A stretch of DNA of 63,492 nt, filler included, from Octopus bimaculoides (lineage: Eukaryota), in assembly GCF_001194135.2 (NCBI RefSeq). It is 5 parts of 5 records of this genome, joined end to end, with 100 filler letters (N's around TTAATTAATTAA, not from the genome) between each part and the next. Parts side by side here need not be neighbours in the genome. Positions count along the whole stretch, not along the records: positions 23,500 to 48,971 come from NC_068984.1; positions 49,072 to 52,317 come from NC_068981.1; positions 52,418 to 63,492 come from NC_068988.1; 2 more parts are not named here. One strand, written 5' to 3'. The position numbers and the translations under genes were made by a program. Below are positions 39,763 to 52,918 of the stretch, piece by piece. A model generated the notes under the pieces. The model saw nothing but the letters and a program-made list of their open reading frames with translations, did no database searches and was not told the DNA's origin. How positions within the stretch are numbered: the stretch's first letter is position 1; every line of letters begins with the position of its first letter.

Positions 39763-40108
39763 GGTGGCTGCGTGGTAAGGAGCTTGCTTCCCAACTACAT
39801 GATTCTGGGTTCAGTCCCACTATGTGGCACCATGGGCAAGTGTCTCCAATTATAGCCTCAGGCTGACCTAGGCCTTGTAAGTGGATTTGGTAGATGGAAA
39901 CTGAAAGAAGCCCATCATATTTATTATTCATTATATTATATTATATTATTAGAAGAATATAATATAATATAATATTACATTAATAAATTTTCTTACCATT
40001 TTTATAAATTTAATCTATATCCATCTGAATTGTAAAGTTTTCTCTACTAAATTGGGTGTTAAACAGTGGAGCCAGTGAAAGATTGGATGTTTTCATCCCT
40101 ATTTTCCT

Positions 40109-40142
<34 letters not shown>

Positions 40143-40415
40143 TATAAAATCAAAACATAATATATATATACACACACATATATATATATCTGTGTGTGAC
40201 TTTGTGCCTATGTTTGTCTCCCCATGACTGCTTGACAACCTGTGTTAGTGTGCTTATATACCCCATAACTTAGCAGATCAGCAAAAATGACTGATAGAAT
40301 AAATACTAGGTTTAAGAAAATAAGTCCTGGGGTTGATTTGTTAAAAAAACCCTTCAAGGTGGTACTCCAACATGGTCACAGTCAAATGACTGAAACTAGT
40401 AAAAGAATAAAAGAA
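39763..40415 (+). mobile_element. Full-length microsatellite-containing SINE with expanded AT-rich centre
   Basis: tRNA-like head at 39763-39920, 3' body at ~40190-40415 ending GTAAAAGAATAAAAGAA. Confidence 0.82.
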
Positions 40416-43003
40416 TACATGTTGAATAGTTAATAGTCTCTAATCAATAACTAATAACCAATAAAATACAAGACAAGTGGCATTGCTATTGAATGTAAGC
40501 ATACTTCAACTGGTTTGTAAAGTATAGATGTTTCTAATGCTCTATATTTAAATATAATAATCCTACCTAACTAATAACTTTAATTATTTATTGCATTTCT
40601 TTATTATTTTTTTCTCTTAATTATTAAATAAATTTCTTTATGAACCCTTTAATTTTCCATCACATGATAAAAACAATTACATAGTTTAAAAATTATAGGA
40701 TATGTCTCAGATAAAATTTAATCAAACAGATTATACTGAAAAAAATTCTTCTAATTTTCAAACACATAAACACTTTTCCAAATCTTAAAATGTTTATGTA
40801 CAAATAACTGAAGATTTTATTCTCATTGTTATTGACTCATTATTTGACTTTACTTCTAGTTGTGAGATTAATAATGTACTATCACTGGCTCTTTCAATGA
40901 AAACAAAAATATTAAAATATCCCATGTAATGATATTCATAGCCCCAAATTCATAGTAAGAAAGCATAAACTTCCTGCTATATCTTTTAAGCAGTTTTATT
41001 TATTGTTCACCTTTGATTTATAACATTTCTTGACTACTGTCTAAGAACAATATTAGAAGTCAACATGACAGCTGAGGTCAAACACCTTAAGCAGATGTTT
41101 GACATAGTATGTACAAATATGTAAGTATCTCACATATGCAAGAAAGTGATCTGAATAACTTCAATCAACAGCACTCAACTAAGAGCCGACTGCAACATAT
41201 AGCAGTAACAGCTGTAAGCTAATGATGTTCATAAAATAATCATTCCTTCCTTGATCATCTCTCTTTCTTATTATCACTCTATACTCAACTAACACTTCAT
41301 TCTGAAACATACATACATTGAGATCTACACCAAATTATTAGTCTCACAATAATCTATAAAGATATGATGAGTTATAACTATCATCATATCCTTCATAATT
41401 AGTGTCACATTATCATAAACTGTTAAAATTGAAATTTAGGCCGATTAAAACATCATAACTTCAACATAGAAATTATATCATTTGTATTTCTCATAATAAA
41501 CTTTGCAATATAATATTTTGTAAAGCCCTCTACTACCTAACTGAAAATCTGAAAATACTTAATTTGCCAAAAAACAAAATGTAGAATGTGTAAAACAGAA
41601 TACTAAATCAGCAATCAGTTTAGAATAAGAGGAATTCCTTTATTCTATGAGGTTATTCTATCTTTTCTAATTAAATGTTTATGTATTTAATTGAAATGGA
41701 AATATATGGAAATTAAACATATTCAGATGAGACAAAGTAAAAGGCAATATTTCACCTGTTTGTGCTTCATTATAATATTTTTTTTAATGATACAAAAATT
41801 GTAAAAAAAATCCAACAGTTATTGATTCATGCAGTCATCATCAACATCATCATCATTGCTTATAATTATCATTATATTATCATTATCATTACATTAACTA
41901 TGGGCTGAACATAATCATAAATCTATTTCTAAGTTTAAACATTTCATCATATACAATTTCTTTTTTCTTTTTGATATATATTCAAACAAAAAAAATGAAA
42001 GTGAAATTTAATTTAACTTCAAAGGAAGATTTATTGTTATTTATACCTTTAAACATGGACTTTAATAAATTGTTTTAATTAGAGAAAGGTTGATAACCTG
42101 TTGCATTCTGATCGAGTAATCATTGTAGTGAAATTCCATTAGACAAACTGTGAAGTTATATCATTCAATGAGGAGACCCACAGTTGAAGAAATGCAAACT
42201 TTAAAAAGTTCATTTCACTGGGGAGTTTTTGAAATAATAGTTTTATTTTAAGAAATTATATTGAATCATCAATAAAAATTGTTTAAAATCTTGACAAGTT
42301 TTCCTTCTATTTCAATATATAATTTGACTACATAATAAATTATTCCAAAAGTATAACTTTTGAAGACTTTGAAGAAGTTTGAATATGTCTATGACTGCTT
42401 TCTTAAATATTCTGCATGTATTTAAGAGAGTATCTATTTTACTCTCATCCATATTCCTCAGAATTTGACACTGGTATATTTTAAATGCAGTATATCAGAA
42501 TAATACATAAAGAACAATATCCATTGACAGGTGTATTTTAAAACCAGGTGAGGGGAGCAATAGTGATGGTTAAATTTAACATATATTTTATTGAACCTAT
42601 AAAAGTATCGCATGTATTTCTGACTAAAACTAACTGTTTGAAAGATTCTTCCCACATTCTTCAGAAACACTCCAAAGTTAATGTCTAGGCTCAACTGGAC
42701 TGATTATACTATATACAAATACAACAAAACTCTACTTGTTTAATGAGTTATCACTAACACAACACACAGTACACACATGCACACACAATATAATACTTTT
42801 GTAATCATTTCTGCTGTTGACAAAATTTCTACTATTGTCAACACAACTTTCTACTGTCTTCTTTTCAAATGTTTAAGAAGTTAACTCCTTCAGATGAGAT
42901 ATACACACATACACAACACACATCTGTCTGTCTGTCTGTCTATGTATGTATGCATATCCACACATACACACACACACACAACAGTGAATAGCTTCCATAT
43001 ATT

Positions 43004-43136
43004 CTTTTCTGTTCTAAGCTCAAGGCCCGAAATTTTTGGGAGTTGCATATTGCAGTCGATTAGATCAACATCAGTATGCAGCTGTCACTTAATTTATCAA
43101 CTCTGAAGGGATGAAAGGCAAAGTCGACCTCGGCGG
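43004..43136 (-). mobile_element. 5'-truncated SINE with 16-bp TSD
   Basis: ATAGCTTCCATATATT at 42988-43003 and 43137-43152; retains CpGs (GTCGACCTCGGCGG). Confidence 0.88.
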
Positions 43137-44648
43137 ATAGCTTCCATATATTGTATGGAAGTCATAAGTAGAAGAGAAAAACAATTGCTTAAAAAGAAGT
43201 CAGTTAAGAGTTCCCGTCTGCTCTTTTAAAGCATAATGCAAAACTCAGCAAATTGTAGAGGTCACTTTGTATAACAACATATGAAATAAGAACAATCATG
43301 TATCTACTGAAGGAACATAACAAAATATCTACTGTTAGGAGTCTTATATATAATTTAAGAGTGGAAACATAATTTATCTTTTAGTTCCTTACACATTTTC
43401 CTAATGAACTTCCAAATAAATGTATTTTAGTTCAGGTTGAATAAAACCAGCTACAACTTCCACTTATTTAACATTTCAGCTTTCGAAGATATCTTTCGTT
43501 CTTTCTTCTTTTTTTTTCTTTTGTTTTGGAGGCTGGGTTTAAAAGCTCTTTTCATTACCAGTGTAACTGAAGCAAATGTTTTTGTTATCTGTTCCAAAAT
43601 ATTTAGCACCATTTTAAATATTCATTTTACTGCTACTAGAATAATTTGAATCAGTGATTTTAAGAGTTGTGTTAATAGCCTAAATTCCAGTACCTGTCTA
43701 TTTGAAGAAAATATACAACTGGTGTCCATCCTTGTAATGTGCCACTAAGTCATAAAAATATCCATTAAAATCAACAAACTTCAGATCTTCAAAGTTTAGA
43801 ATTTTCATGATTTCAATCCAGTAAAAGGAGCTTATAAAGAATGCAGATGGATAAATAAGCAGATTTTATTTGACAGGAATCGAATTTGTTATTCATATTC
43901 AGCTTTAATTTTATTGAATTGTTTACTTATTCTATATAATGTTTTTTCTTTCTCCCATGCATACTTTTTATGCATGTCAAATTTATACTTAACAGAAAAG
44001 GAAATTTGATAAACATTCCAACATATAGTAATGAAGCTGAAAATAATTTTTTAGAAATATGAAATAACTCCTTTAAATTCTTACACATAATGATCAGAAA
44101 GTATAGGCAATGATTTTTCAAAGAAACTTAAAAGGCTGTAGATAATGTCAATTCCCATAAATAGTAAAGAAGGATCAGTGAAACATTTGCAATTTCAAGT
44201 TATAGATGACCTGTTCATTAAAAATTTCAAAAAATTTTTGAAATGCTAAATGACTGAAATACCAAGTTCAAACACACTACTTTAAATTAATAAAGGATTT
44301 TTTTTAATTATATTGGCAGCAACCAATAATATTATGTGCTTATATGTCAGTACATACATATAGTGCTTTCTTAAGGTTTGAAAGTATTTCAGGCAGTAAA
44401 ACAGAAATAGTTACTTATTTGCACAAAAAAGTCATGCTATTTTTACATGAAAGGACATAATGTATACATTTTGGATAGTAAACCGTAGAGTCAGTTTTTA
44501 GTGACAGTAATTAGTTCACTTCAGCCAGCTAATTAGAGTATTTTTGTCCTTTATTCCCTACACAAAGAAGCTTTCGTCCTTGTTTTCGATAATTTCAAAA
44601 TACCTGCAAAAAGACAGATTGTTTTCTAAGTATATTATTAAAAAAATA

Positions 44649-44845
44649 GATTACTCTTTCATATTTAATGCTTATTTTTTCACATTGCTTTGATTTGATC
44701 ATGCTTCGAGATTTCAATGATGTAATTGTTTGTTTTTAGAATGACATTGTGAGGTGGGTGTGACAGGCCAGATGTGGCTGGTTTGAATACAAAGCAGGTA
44801 AAGCATTTAGGCCTGATATGACCAGTTTAAATGCTAAAGGGTTAA
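44649..44845. mobile_element. piggyBac-like MITE, one end only
   Basis: Ends TTTAAATGCTAAAGGG|TTAA; resembles a recalled Octopus TTAA-flanked MITE; left TIR missing. Confidence 0.6.
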
Positions 44846-45363
44846 ATAAGGTTTTTTTTTTATTTCTTTAAACTGGAAATGAAAAATAACAAATGAACTT
44901 AGTATTGGTGTAGGGACAGTTGTATATATCTTCACATTTGTCTTCACACGTATATGTACATGAATACATACAATGAACACATACATTCATGCCTGCAAAT
45001 ATGTACACACATACTTGTGAACTCACTCAAAAGTACATAGATATTCTTGAATCCTTTCAAGGGCCAGTAAATCTGCATTGTGTTTTTTTCCCTTAAACAA
45101 CTCTCTCTTTCTCTCTCTTACACACACACACACATGCATGCACTCATGCAGTAGAATGTAGAAGAGTTAAGTAATTTTGCTTGCTCACTGTTGAACATAT
45201 AAGTGAGCTGGTTGTAATGGAGTTTAATAAATTGATTTGTACTAAGTCCTATATAGGTATCAGATGTGTTATTAGTCTCTAAGATGCATTAGGAAATTAT
45301 ATCCTTGCTAAACAGTTAAAATCTGAGGGAAAATCTTTATAGTTCATAAAGTTGTATTTGTAT

Positions 45364-45820
45364 ACTCTTTTACTCTTTTATTTGTTTCAGTCATTTGACT
45401 GTGGCCATGCTGGAGCACCGCCTTTAGTCGAGCAAATCGACCCCAGGATTTATTCTTTGGATGCCTAGTACTTATCCTATCGGTCTCTTTTGCCGAACCA
45501 CTAAGTTACGGGGACATAAACACACCAGCATCGATTGTCAAGCAATGTTGGGGGAACAAACACAGACACACAAACATAGACACACACATACANNNNNNNN
45601 NNNNNNNNNNNNNNNNNNNNNNNNNNNNNNNNNNNNNNNNNNNNNNNNNNNACATACATATATATGATGGGCTTCTTTCAGTTTCCGTCTACCAAATTCA
45701 CTCACAAGGCTTTGGTTGGTCTGAGGCTATAGTAGAAGACACTTGCCCATGGTGCCATGCAGTGGGACTGAACCTGGAACCATGTGGTTGGTAAGCAAGC
45801 TACTTACCACACAGCCACTC
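45364..45820 (-). mobile_element. Full-length microsatellite-containing tRNA-derived SINE
   Basis: Head GAGTGGCTGTGTGGTAAGTAGCTTGCTTACCAACC, internal AC/AT array (gap), tail AAACAAATAAAAGAGTAAAAGAG. Confidence 0.92.
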
Positions 45821-46700
45821 AATTCTTTAAACAAATTAGATGTGGTAATTGTGTGACTAATAATAGCTGCAGTAATGTATGATACTTTAATTGTTTTTAG
45901 ATATTTAAAGTTTTACGCTACTTTTGTTGTGAATGGAAGTCCTATTTATAAATAATTCTTTTTTTAATGTGTAACTGGAGTTGTAGCTGTTATATAAAAG
46001 GGTGAGTTGTCCTATAAAATAATTATTTTCCTATTTATTTGATGCCGATCTGGTAATTTTTTAATTTTCATTTTTACATTCACTTTCAAAAAGGGGCACC
46101 ATTATATAGTATTTAGAGTAGAGATTCTCAACCAGGGTCCATATGAACCCGGGATGGGCGGGGGGCTATATAAGATTTTGGGAGATCCATGCGAACAAAA
46201 TAGTAAATTAGAGGTCCGTAAAATTTATGGATCCATAAAAAGATTATATACATGTATTGCTAGAAACAGTTAGGTTTCTTTCTCCAATGTTTTACATAAT
46301 TCAACACATTTCCAGCTTCTGAAAAGTGTTTCCTCAGTCTGTGGCTACTGCATACCTACACAAGTGAACATGTGAAAAACAAAACAGGAATTTTGAAAGA
46401 AATGTCTACAAGATCAGTTTTAGAACTTAGAACACATATGGGAATCCACAAGAATGAAATAGTAACCAAAGGGGTCTGTTGGCAGAAAATGAATGAGAAC
46501 CTTTGGTTTATAGTAATCCAGGAAAATTGAGTATGTTGACTGAGAGGTTTGATCATCCTAGAGAGATATTTTCAGTTAAGTTATAATATATTTTGAGGTG
46601 GTTTAATAATTTATTGATGAAATCAAAGTTTTCATATGGTTTGCAGTAAAGGTAATAAAGAAGTAACTTATACCTAGGGTCACATTAAAAATATTAGCAA

Positions 46701-47445
46701 AGACCCAGGAAAACTTGGGATAAGGTGGTGAAGCACAGCCTTCAAACATTAGGCCTCACCGTGGCAATGGCTTGTGACCAAGACAATTGGAAATATGCAG
46801 TGCGTGAGAAGACCCGGCAATCTAAGTGAGACCATAATTCGAGGCCTCTGCTAGGAGTGTAGCCAGCCCACTTATGCATACCTTTCCTTCATTGGACAGT
46901 AAACTCTGTTTGTGAAGACCTGTCGAAGCAATTGAAATAGATCCAAATTCGACGACTGGCACCCATGCCAACCTCTCCTTTATTGGACTCTAAATTCGGC
47001 TTGTGAAGACCTGTTGGGGCAAGTGAAATCAAAATCGTGATTGNNNNNNNNNNNNNNNNNNNNNNNNNGTGCCAGTGGCACGTAAATAGCACCGTTTGAG
47101 CGTGATCGTTACCAGCATCGCCAGCCTGGCACTTGTGCCAGTGTCATGTGAAAGAAGATTTGAGCGAGGTTGTTGCCAGTGCCATTGGACTTGCTCCTGT
47201 GCAGGTGGCACGTAAAAAACACCATTTTGAGCATGGCCGTTGCCAGTACCGCCTAACTGGCACGTAAAAGCACCCACTATACTCTCAGAGTGGTTGGCAT
47301 TAGGAAGGGCATCCAGCTGTAGAAACTCTGTTAGATCAGATTGGAGCCTGGTGCAGCCTTCTGATTTACCAGTCCTCAGTCAAATCGTCCAACCCATACT
47401 AGCATGGAAGGTGGACGTTAAACGATGATGATGATGATGATGATG
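46701..47445 (+). mobile_element. RTE-clade LINE 3' end (ORF C-terminus + 3' UTR + (GAT)n tail)
   Basis: RPRKTWDKVVKHSLQTLGLTVAMACDQDNWKYAVREKTRQSK*, repeated TGGCACGTAAAA(A)GCACC motifs, (GAT)n tail. Confidence 0.9.
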
Positions 47446-48714
47446 AATATTAGTGATAGTAGTGATCCTATGTAACAGACTTTTAAAGGGAGGTATAAAT
47501 TTTCTTTGTAGTTTATTTATTTATTGTGGATTAAAATTGTTCAGAACTAATCTGCAATTTTCTCTATGGGGACACCTTCAACCTGGAGGAAATTTGCTTT
47601 TAAATTAAGGAATAGGTATATCTCTATAAGGTCATTTAGACTATCAAACCTCTTGGCTTATAAATTCATGCAGATTCCTTTAAATACTGAAATTATACTC
47701 TTCCCAAAAGCAGAATTAAAGAAAAATTCATGCTATGAAGAAACTACTAGATCCATAATGTACAAGAATAGAAAAAGCAATGTTACACAATACATTAATA
47801 TTGGTTGCAACTCCAAAACTTCTCTACACAACATAATGCTATAAAATCTTTAAGAATAAACAGGTACAGATTTACACTGTACCACAACCAACACTGCCAA
47901 CACAATTACCTCAAATAGCTTGTCTAAACTGTTAGCCTAAAACTAACTAAACTAGTAGCAACTGCCACTCTATGACAGTAAAACTGTCATATAGTGGCAA
48001 TTGCTAGCTAAATATATAGCTTACCAACTGCTTAGTTAAGTATATGGCTTACCAATTTACCATAGAGACTAATAACACTAATGCATATACAAGACATTTG
48101 ATATCCATTTAGCTACATTACAATCAACAAGCATGCACTCATTCAGAACAAAAGATACTTCACATTTTAGATTCATTTAGGATTTTAAAAGGATATACAA
48201 TACAAGATGACATGAAACATGATCTCTAGAGCTAAATCTTATAATGGAAAATAGACAAAACCCCTGAAACTTGTTAGCAACCAAGACTTATGAAATACTC
48301 TTCATCAAAACTACAAAAAAGAAAACAATTTTAAACAGAGAAGCTGCTTCTCTTAGAGATACAAAACATACAAAACAATTAGATACATTAAACCAACTAT
48401 ATAGGTCAATCAGTAAAGTTACAATGTAAATAGCCTAATCCATTCATTCCACTTACCTATACTATAATGAATACCTATCCTTCTTTTCAAATAGCAACAT
48501 AAACTAGAATACAACCTAAGTTTATGTTCCTAATACACCCTTAAAAATTCTTATGCAAAGAATTTTCACCTCAACTTTAGGGCTGAAGCATATAAAAGAG
48601 CATAAACAAACTTTATTCCATTTTTGCAAACATCATATACATAAAGCATTTTTCAAAACATCATGCTGAACAGTAAATCAGCAGAGTGAACTACAGTGTT
48701 GGATGGCACATCTC

Positions 48715-48938
48715 ACTCTTTTACTGGTTTCAGTCATTTGACTACGGCCATGCTGGGGCACCGCCTTTTTTAGTTGAGCAAATCGATCCCAGGATTTATT
48801 CGTTGTAAGCCTAGTACTTATTCTATCGGTCTCTTTTTGCCAAACTGTTAAGTTACAGGGACGTAAACACACCAGCTTCGGTTGTCAAGTGAAGTTGGGG
48901 AGACAAACACAGACACACAAACATATCCACACATACAT

Positions 48939-48950
<12 letters not shown>
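48715..48950 (-). mobile_element. SINE 3' half
   Basis: Same family as 45364-45820; truncated at the contig end inside its microsatellite. Confidence 0.88.
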
Positions 48951-48971
<21 letters not shown>

Positions 48972-49015
48972 NNNNNNNNNNNNNNNNNNNNNNNNNNNNN
49001 NNNNNNNNNNNNNNN

Positions 49016-49027
49016 TTAATTAATTAA
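49016..49027. other. Artificial scaffold linker TTAATTAATTAA
   Basis: 44 N + 12 bp + 44 N. Confidence 0.92.
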
Positions 49028-49071
49028 NNNNNNNNNNNNNNNNNNNNNNNNNNNNNNNNNNNNNNNNNNNN

Positions 49072-49114
<43 letters not shown>

Positions 49115-49366
49115 CATATACGTATATGCATGCATATATATACATATATGTATATACACACATACATATATGTACATATATGTATATACGTACATACATA
49201 TATATACATATATGTATATACATGCATGCATATATATATACATATATGTATGTATATACATATATGTATATACATACATATATATATATGTATATGCATA
49301 CATACATATATATATGTGTATACATACATATATGTATATATATACTTATATACATGTATGCATTAT

Positions 49367-49406
<40 letters not shown>
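49072..49406. repeat. (TA)n/(TACA)n degenerate microsatellite
   Basis: Direct reading. Confidence 0.95.
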
Positions 49407-50199
49407 NNNNNNNNNNNNNNNNNNNNNNNNNNNNNNNNNNNNNNNNNNNNNNNNNNNNNNNNNNNNNNNNNNNNNNNNNNNNNNNNNNNNNNNNNNNNNN
49501 NNNNNNNNNNNNNNNNNNNNNNNNNNNNNNNNNNNNNNNNNNNNNNNNNNNNNNNNNNNNNNNNNNNNNNNNNNNNNNNNNNNNNNNNNNNNNNNNNNNN
49601 NNNNNNNNNNNNNNNNNNNNNNNNNNNNNNNNNNNNNNNNNNNNNNNNNNNNNNNNNNNNNNNNNNNNNNNNNNNNNNNNNNNNNNNNNNNNNNNNNNNN
49701 NNNNNNNNNNNNNNNNNNNNNNNNNNNNNNNNNNNNNNNNNNNNNNNNNNNNNNNNNNNNNNNNNNNNNNNNNNNNNNNNNNNNNNNNNNNNNNNNNNNN
49801 NNNNNNNNNNNNNNNNNNNNNNNNNNNNNNNNNNNNNNNNNNNNNNNNNNNNNNNNNNNNNNNNNNNNNNNNNNNNNNNNNNNNNNNNNNNNNNNNNNNN
49901 NNNNNNNNNNNNNNNNNNNNNNNNNNNNNNNNNNNNNNNNNNNNNNNNNNNNNNNNNNNNNNNNNNNNNNNNNNNNNNNNNNNNNNNNNNNNNNNNNNNN
50001 NNNNNNNNNNNNNNNNNNNNNNNNNNNNNNNNNNNNNNNNNNNNNNNNNNNNNNNNNNNNNNNNNNNNNNNNNNNNNNNNNNNNNNNNNNNNNNNNNNNN
50101 NNNNNNNNNNNNNNNNNNNNNNNNNNNNCAGATTTGTAAGTTTTATGTATGTATTCTCATGTGTAATAGAGTTACATATCTATACATGCTCATATATAT

Positions 50200-52317
50200 T
50201 TAAATGATAAACGTCTGGAAAGTTTTATAGATCGTTACAGTTCCAGTGATGGATTGGATCTGTAGCCTTCGAATTAGCCTTCTCCTTTCTGGTTTTAAGA
50301 AGCCTAACTTCTCAAGATTGGTATTTAGGCAGTGTGTTACATATCCCAGGGTCCCAACAATTACAGGTATAAACCTGAACTTGTAATCTGGATAGAGTAA
50401 CTGTAGATTTCTCAATAGTTCAGCATAAGTGTTCTCTTTTTCACTGATCATCAGCTTAATGTTAACGTCCGCTGGGAAGCTGTTTCCAAACTGTGCAGTT
50501 TCTCTTCTCTATCCCAAATCATTATTATATCAGGTCTGTTGTGCTTACATTTTATTGAGGTCTTCACTGGTACATTCCACCAGTATTCCTTTTTATTATG
50601 AGTGGCTATGGCTTCTACCATATTATGAGTTTCTATTTCTTTCTCCTCGGGATTATCCTCTATAGAGTGTCCTAGCTACAACGTCATGTCTCATCGGTAG
50701 ATAATACTGTGATGACATTTTCGGACAACTGCTTATGTTGTGGGTGATATCTTCAGTGTGAACTCCACAAAGTCTGCATCGGTTGTCACATTTTACGGCT
50801 TTTCCCGCATCCCTATCCCTTTTGTGCATCAGATACTTGGTTGATATTTCCTGTTCCTGGATTGCAAATGCATACCTTTCAAAGTGGGAGGTAATAATCC
50901 GGCTATTCGTCCATGATAAACTGCTTTGACGATCGATATTACTATCATCACGGAGCTTTCTACTAAGATATCCATGCATTGTCTTCTGCTTATATACGCT
51001 CATCCTCTCATCTGATGATACGTTGCGGTAGAGTCGTGGGACTTCTTTGGATATGTATTCTATGTTGTCAGACAAAGAGTGTTGCTCAAGGAGCTGCCTT
51101 CCAAGTCTTATGATGTTATAAGCCTCACGTATGCAAACTTGGTCAAGGGATACACTTCGACGCTTGGTGGTTAAAAGACGTTGCCGAAGGGATTTGATGC
51201 GACATTCAAAGACATTTTGGATCGATGTTAAGCCTCTGCCGCCTTGTTTACGTTTTAAGTAGAGACGGTCTACATCACTGTTTATGTGGAAATTATGTGT
51301 GCTTGTTCGTATTTTTCAGGTTTTCGCATCAATGGCTCGGATCTCATCAAGCGTCCAATCAAGCAGTCTTAATGTTGGTATGACTACTGGCACTACAAAC
51401 ACATTGTGAGACACTGTTTTATTGAATGCAGAGAGTTCTGAGGTCCAAATTTTCTTTATTCGGCTGTAATATTCTTTAGTGACACATGTTTTGTTACAGG
51501 TGCCACTGTAAGATATATTTTCATCTACCCTTAGATACCTGTAACATTCCTCGTCAGATACAGGGGAAACAGTCAAATCATTGACGGAGATGCTAGTAGT
51601 CTGGCTTATAGATTTCCCCCTTTTCACAACCGTATAACAACGTTTATCCTAACCAAACTCCAACCTCACATCCTTTGAGAATGTTTTAACTAGGTGAAAG
51701 CTTTTTTTCATCTCATGCATGTTCTTTATGTAAAGATTTAAGCCACCCAAAAAGAAACAGTGTGTAATTTTGGTATTTCTGTTTCCTTGTGAACCAGTGA
51801 GATACCCTTCAGACTTCCTTAGCATGAATGACAAGGGGTTTACAGAAAGTATAAACAACATCACAAAGAGGCTGTCTCCTTGGAATAGGCCTTTGCGATA
51901 TTGTATTCTATCGGTGATAATACAGTCACTCTTTGTGTTTGATTTCGATGAAGTCAGGTCAGCTATGGCTTTGACTATTCTCACTGGAATCTTAGCAAGT
52001 TGAAGGGCTTCTAGCATCCATGAGTGGAGAACAGAGTCAAAGGTTTTCTCATAATCTAGCCACTTTGAAACTAGGTTCCTCGTATGCTCTCGCACATCTG
52101 ACATCACAGTTTTGTTAATTAGCAATTGCTCGGTACATCCCCAAACTCCCTTCTTCCCAGCTGCTTGTTCTGCTGTGCTAATGTTACTGGTTTCACAATG
52201 GTTTTGGAGGAAGAGGCTTAAACATGCTGTATATATCTTATACATTAAGTTCTGGTACGCCGGTAGTCTTTTGCCATATGAGTGGTTCTGCATTTGGGAA
52301 TCAATTTTGTCTCTGCC
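50200..52317 (-). mobile_element. Decayed non-LTR retrotransposon, R4/Dong-like, RT + CCHC + restriction-like endonuclease
   Basis: WLDYEKTFDSVLHSW, KGLFQGDSL, DVDRLYLKRKQGGRGL, CRLCG...HNISSC, RHDVVA, HNRPDI, FIPVIVGTLG; the RT DD motif is mutated (FLGGLNLY); several frameshifts and stops. Confidence 0.92.
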
Positions 52318-52361
52318 NNNNNNNNNNNNNNNNNNNNNNNNNNNNNNNNNNNNNNNNNNNN

Positions 52362-52373
52362 TTAATTAATTAA
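52362..52373. other. Artificial scaffold linker TTAATTAATTAA
   Basis: 44 N + 12 bp + 44 N. Confidence 0.92.
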
Positions 52374-52417
52374 NNNNNNNNNNNNNNNNNNNNNNNNNNN
52401 NNNNNNNNNNNNNNNNN

Positions 52418-52630
52418 GCACAGCACATTTCCAAAGGTCTCGGTCAGTAGTCATCGCCTTGGTGAGGCCCAATGTTCGAAGGTCTTGCCTCACCACCTCA
52501 GCCCAAGTCTTCCTGGGCCTACCTATTCCACGGGTTCCCTCAACTGTTAGGGAGTGGCACTTTTTCACATAGCTATCCTCATTCATTCTCACCACATGTC
52601 CAAACCAGCGCAATCGTCTCTCTTGTACAT
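52418..52630 (-). mobile_element. RTE-clade LINE ORF C-terminal fragment
   Basis: RWFGHVVRMNEDSYVKK...GRPRKTWAEVVRQDLRTLGL. Confidence 0.9.
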
Positions 52631-52918
52631 AAATGTTGAATCGTCTCCAGACAGATTATCATGTTTGTTTTGATATGAAATCAACCTTAATATTTGTTAA
52701 AGGAAAAAATCATTGTCTTTGTAATGTAGTTTCGTCATAGTAGGAGGAAAACGTATTATTTCAAAACTATATCAAAAATAAAATATACTTTGGTAAATAT
52801 TATAGGTGAGTTTGAAAGTTATTGAACAAGGAAAAATAGTATTTCCCTATTTAATCTCATATCAGGTCTGATAGATCTGGACTATGATCAAAAGCATTCC
52901 AGCTGTGGCTACCCCCTC

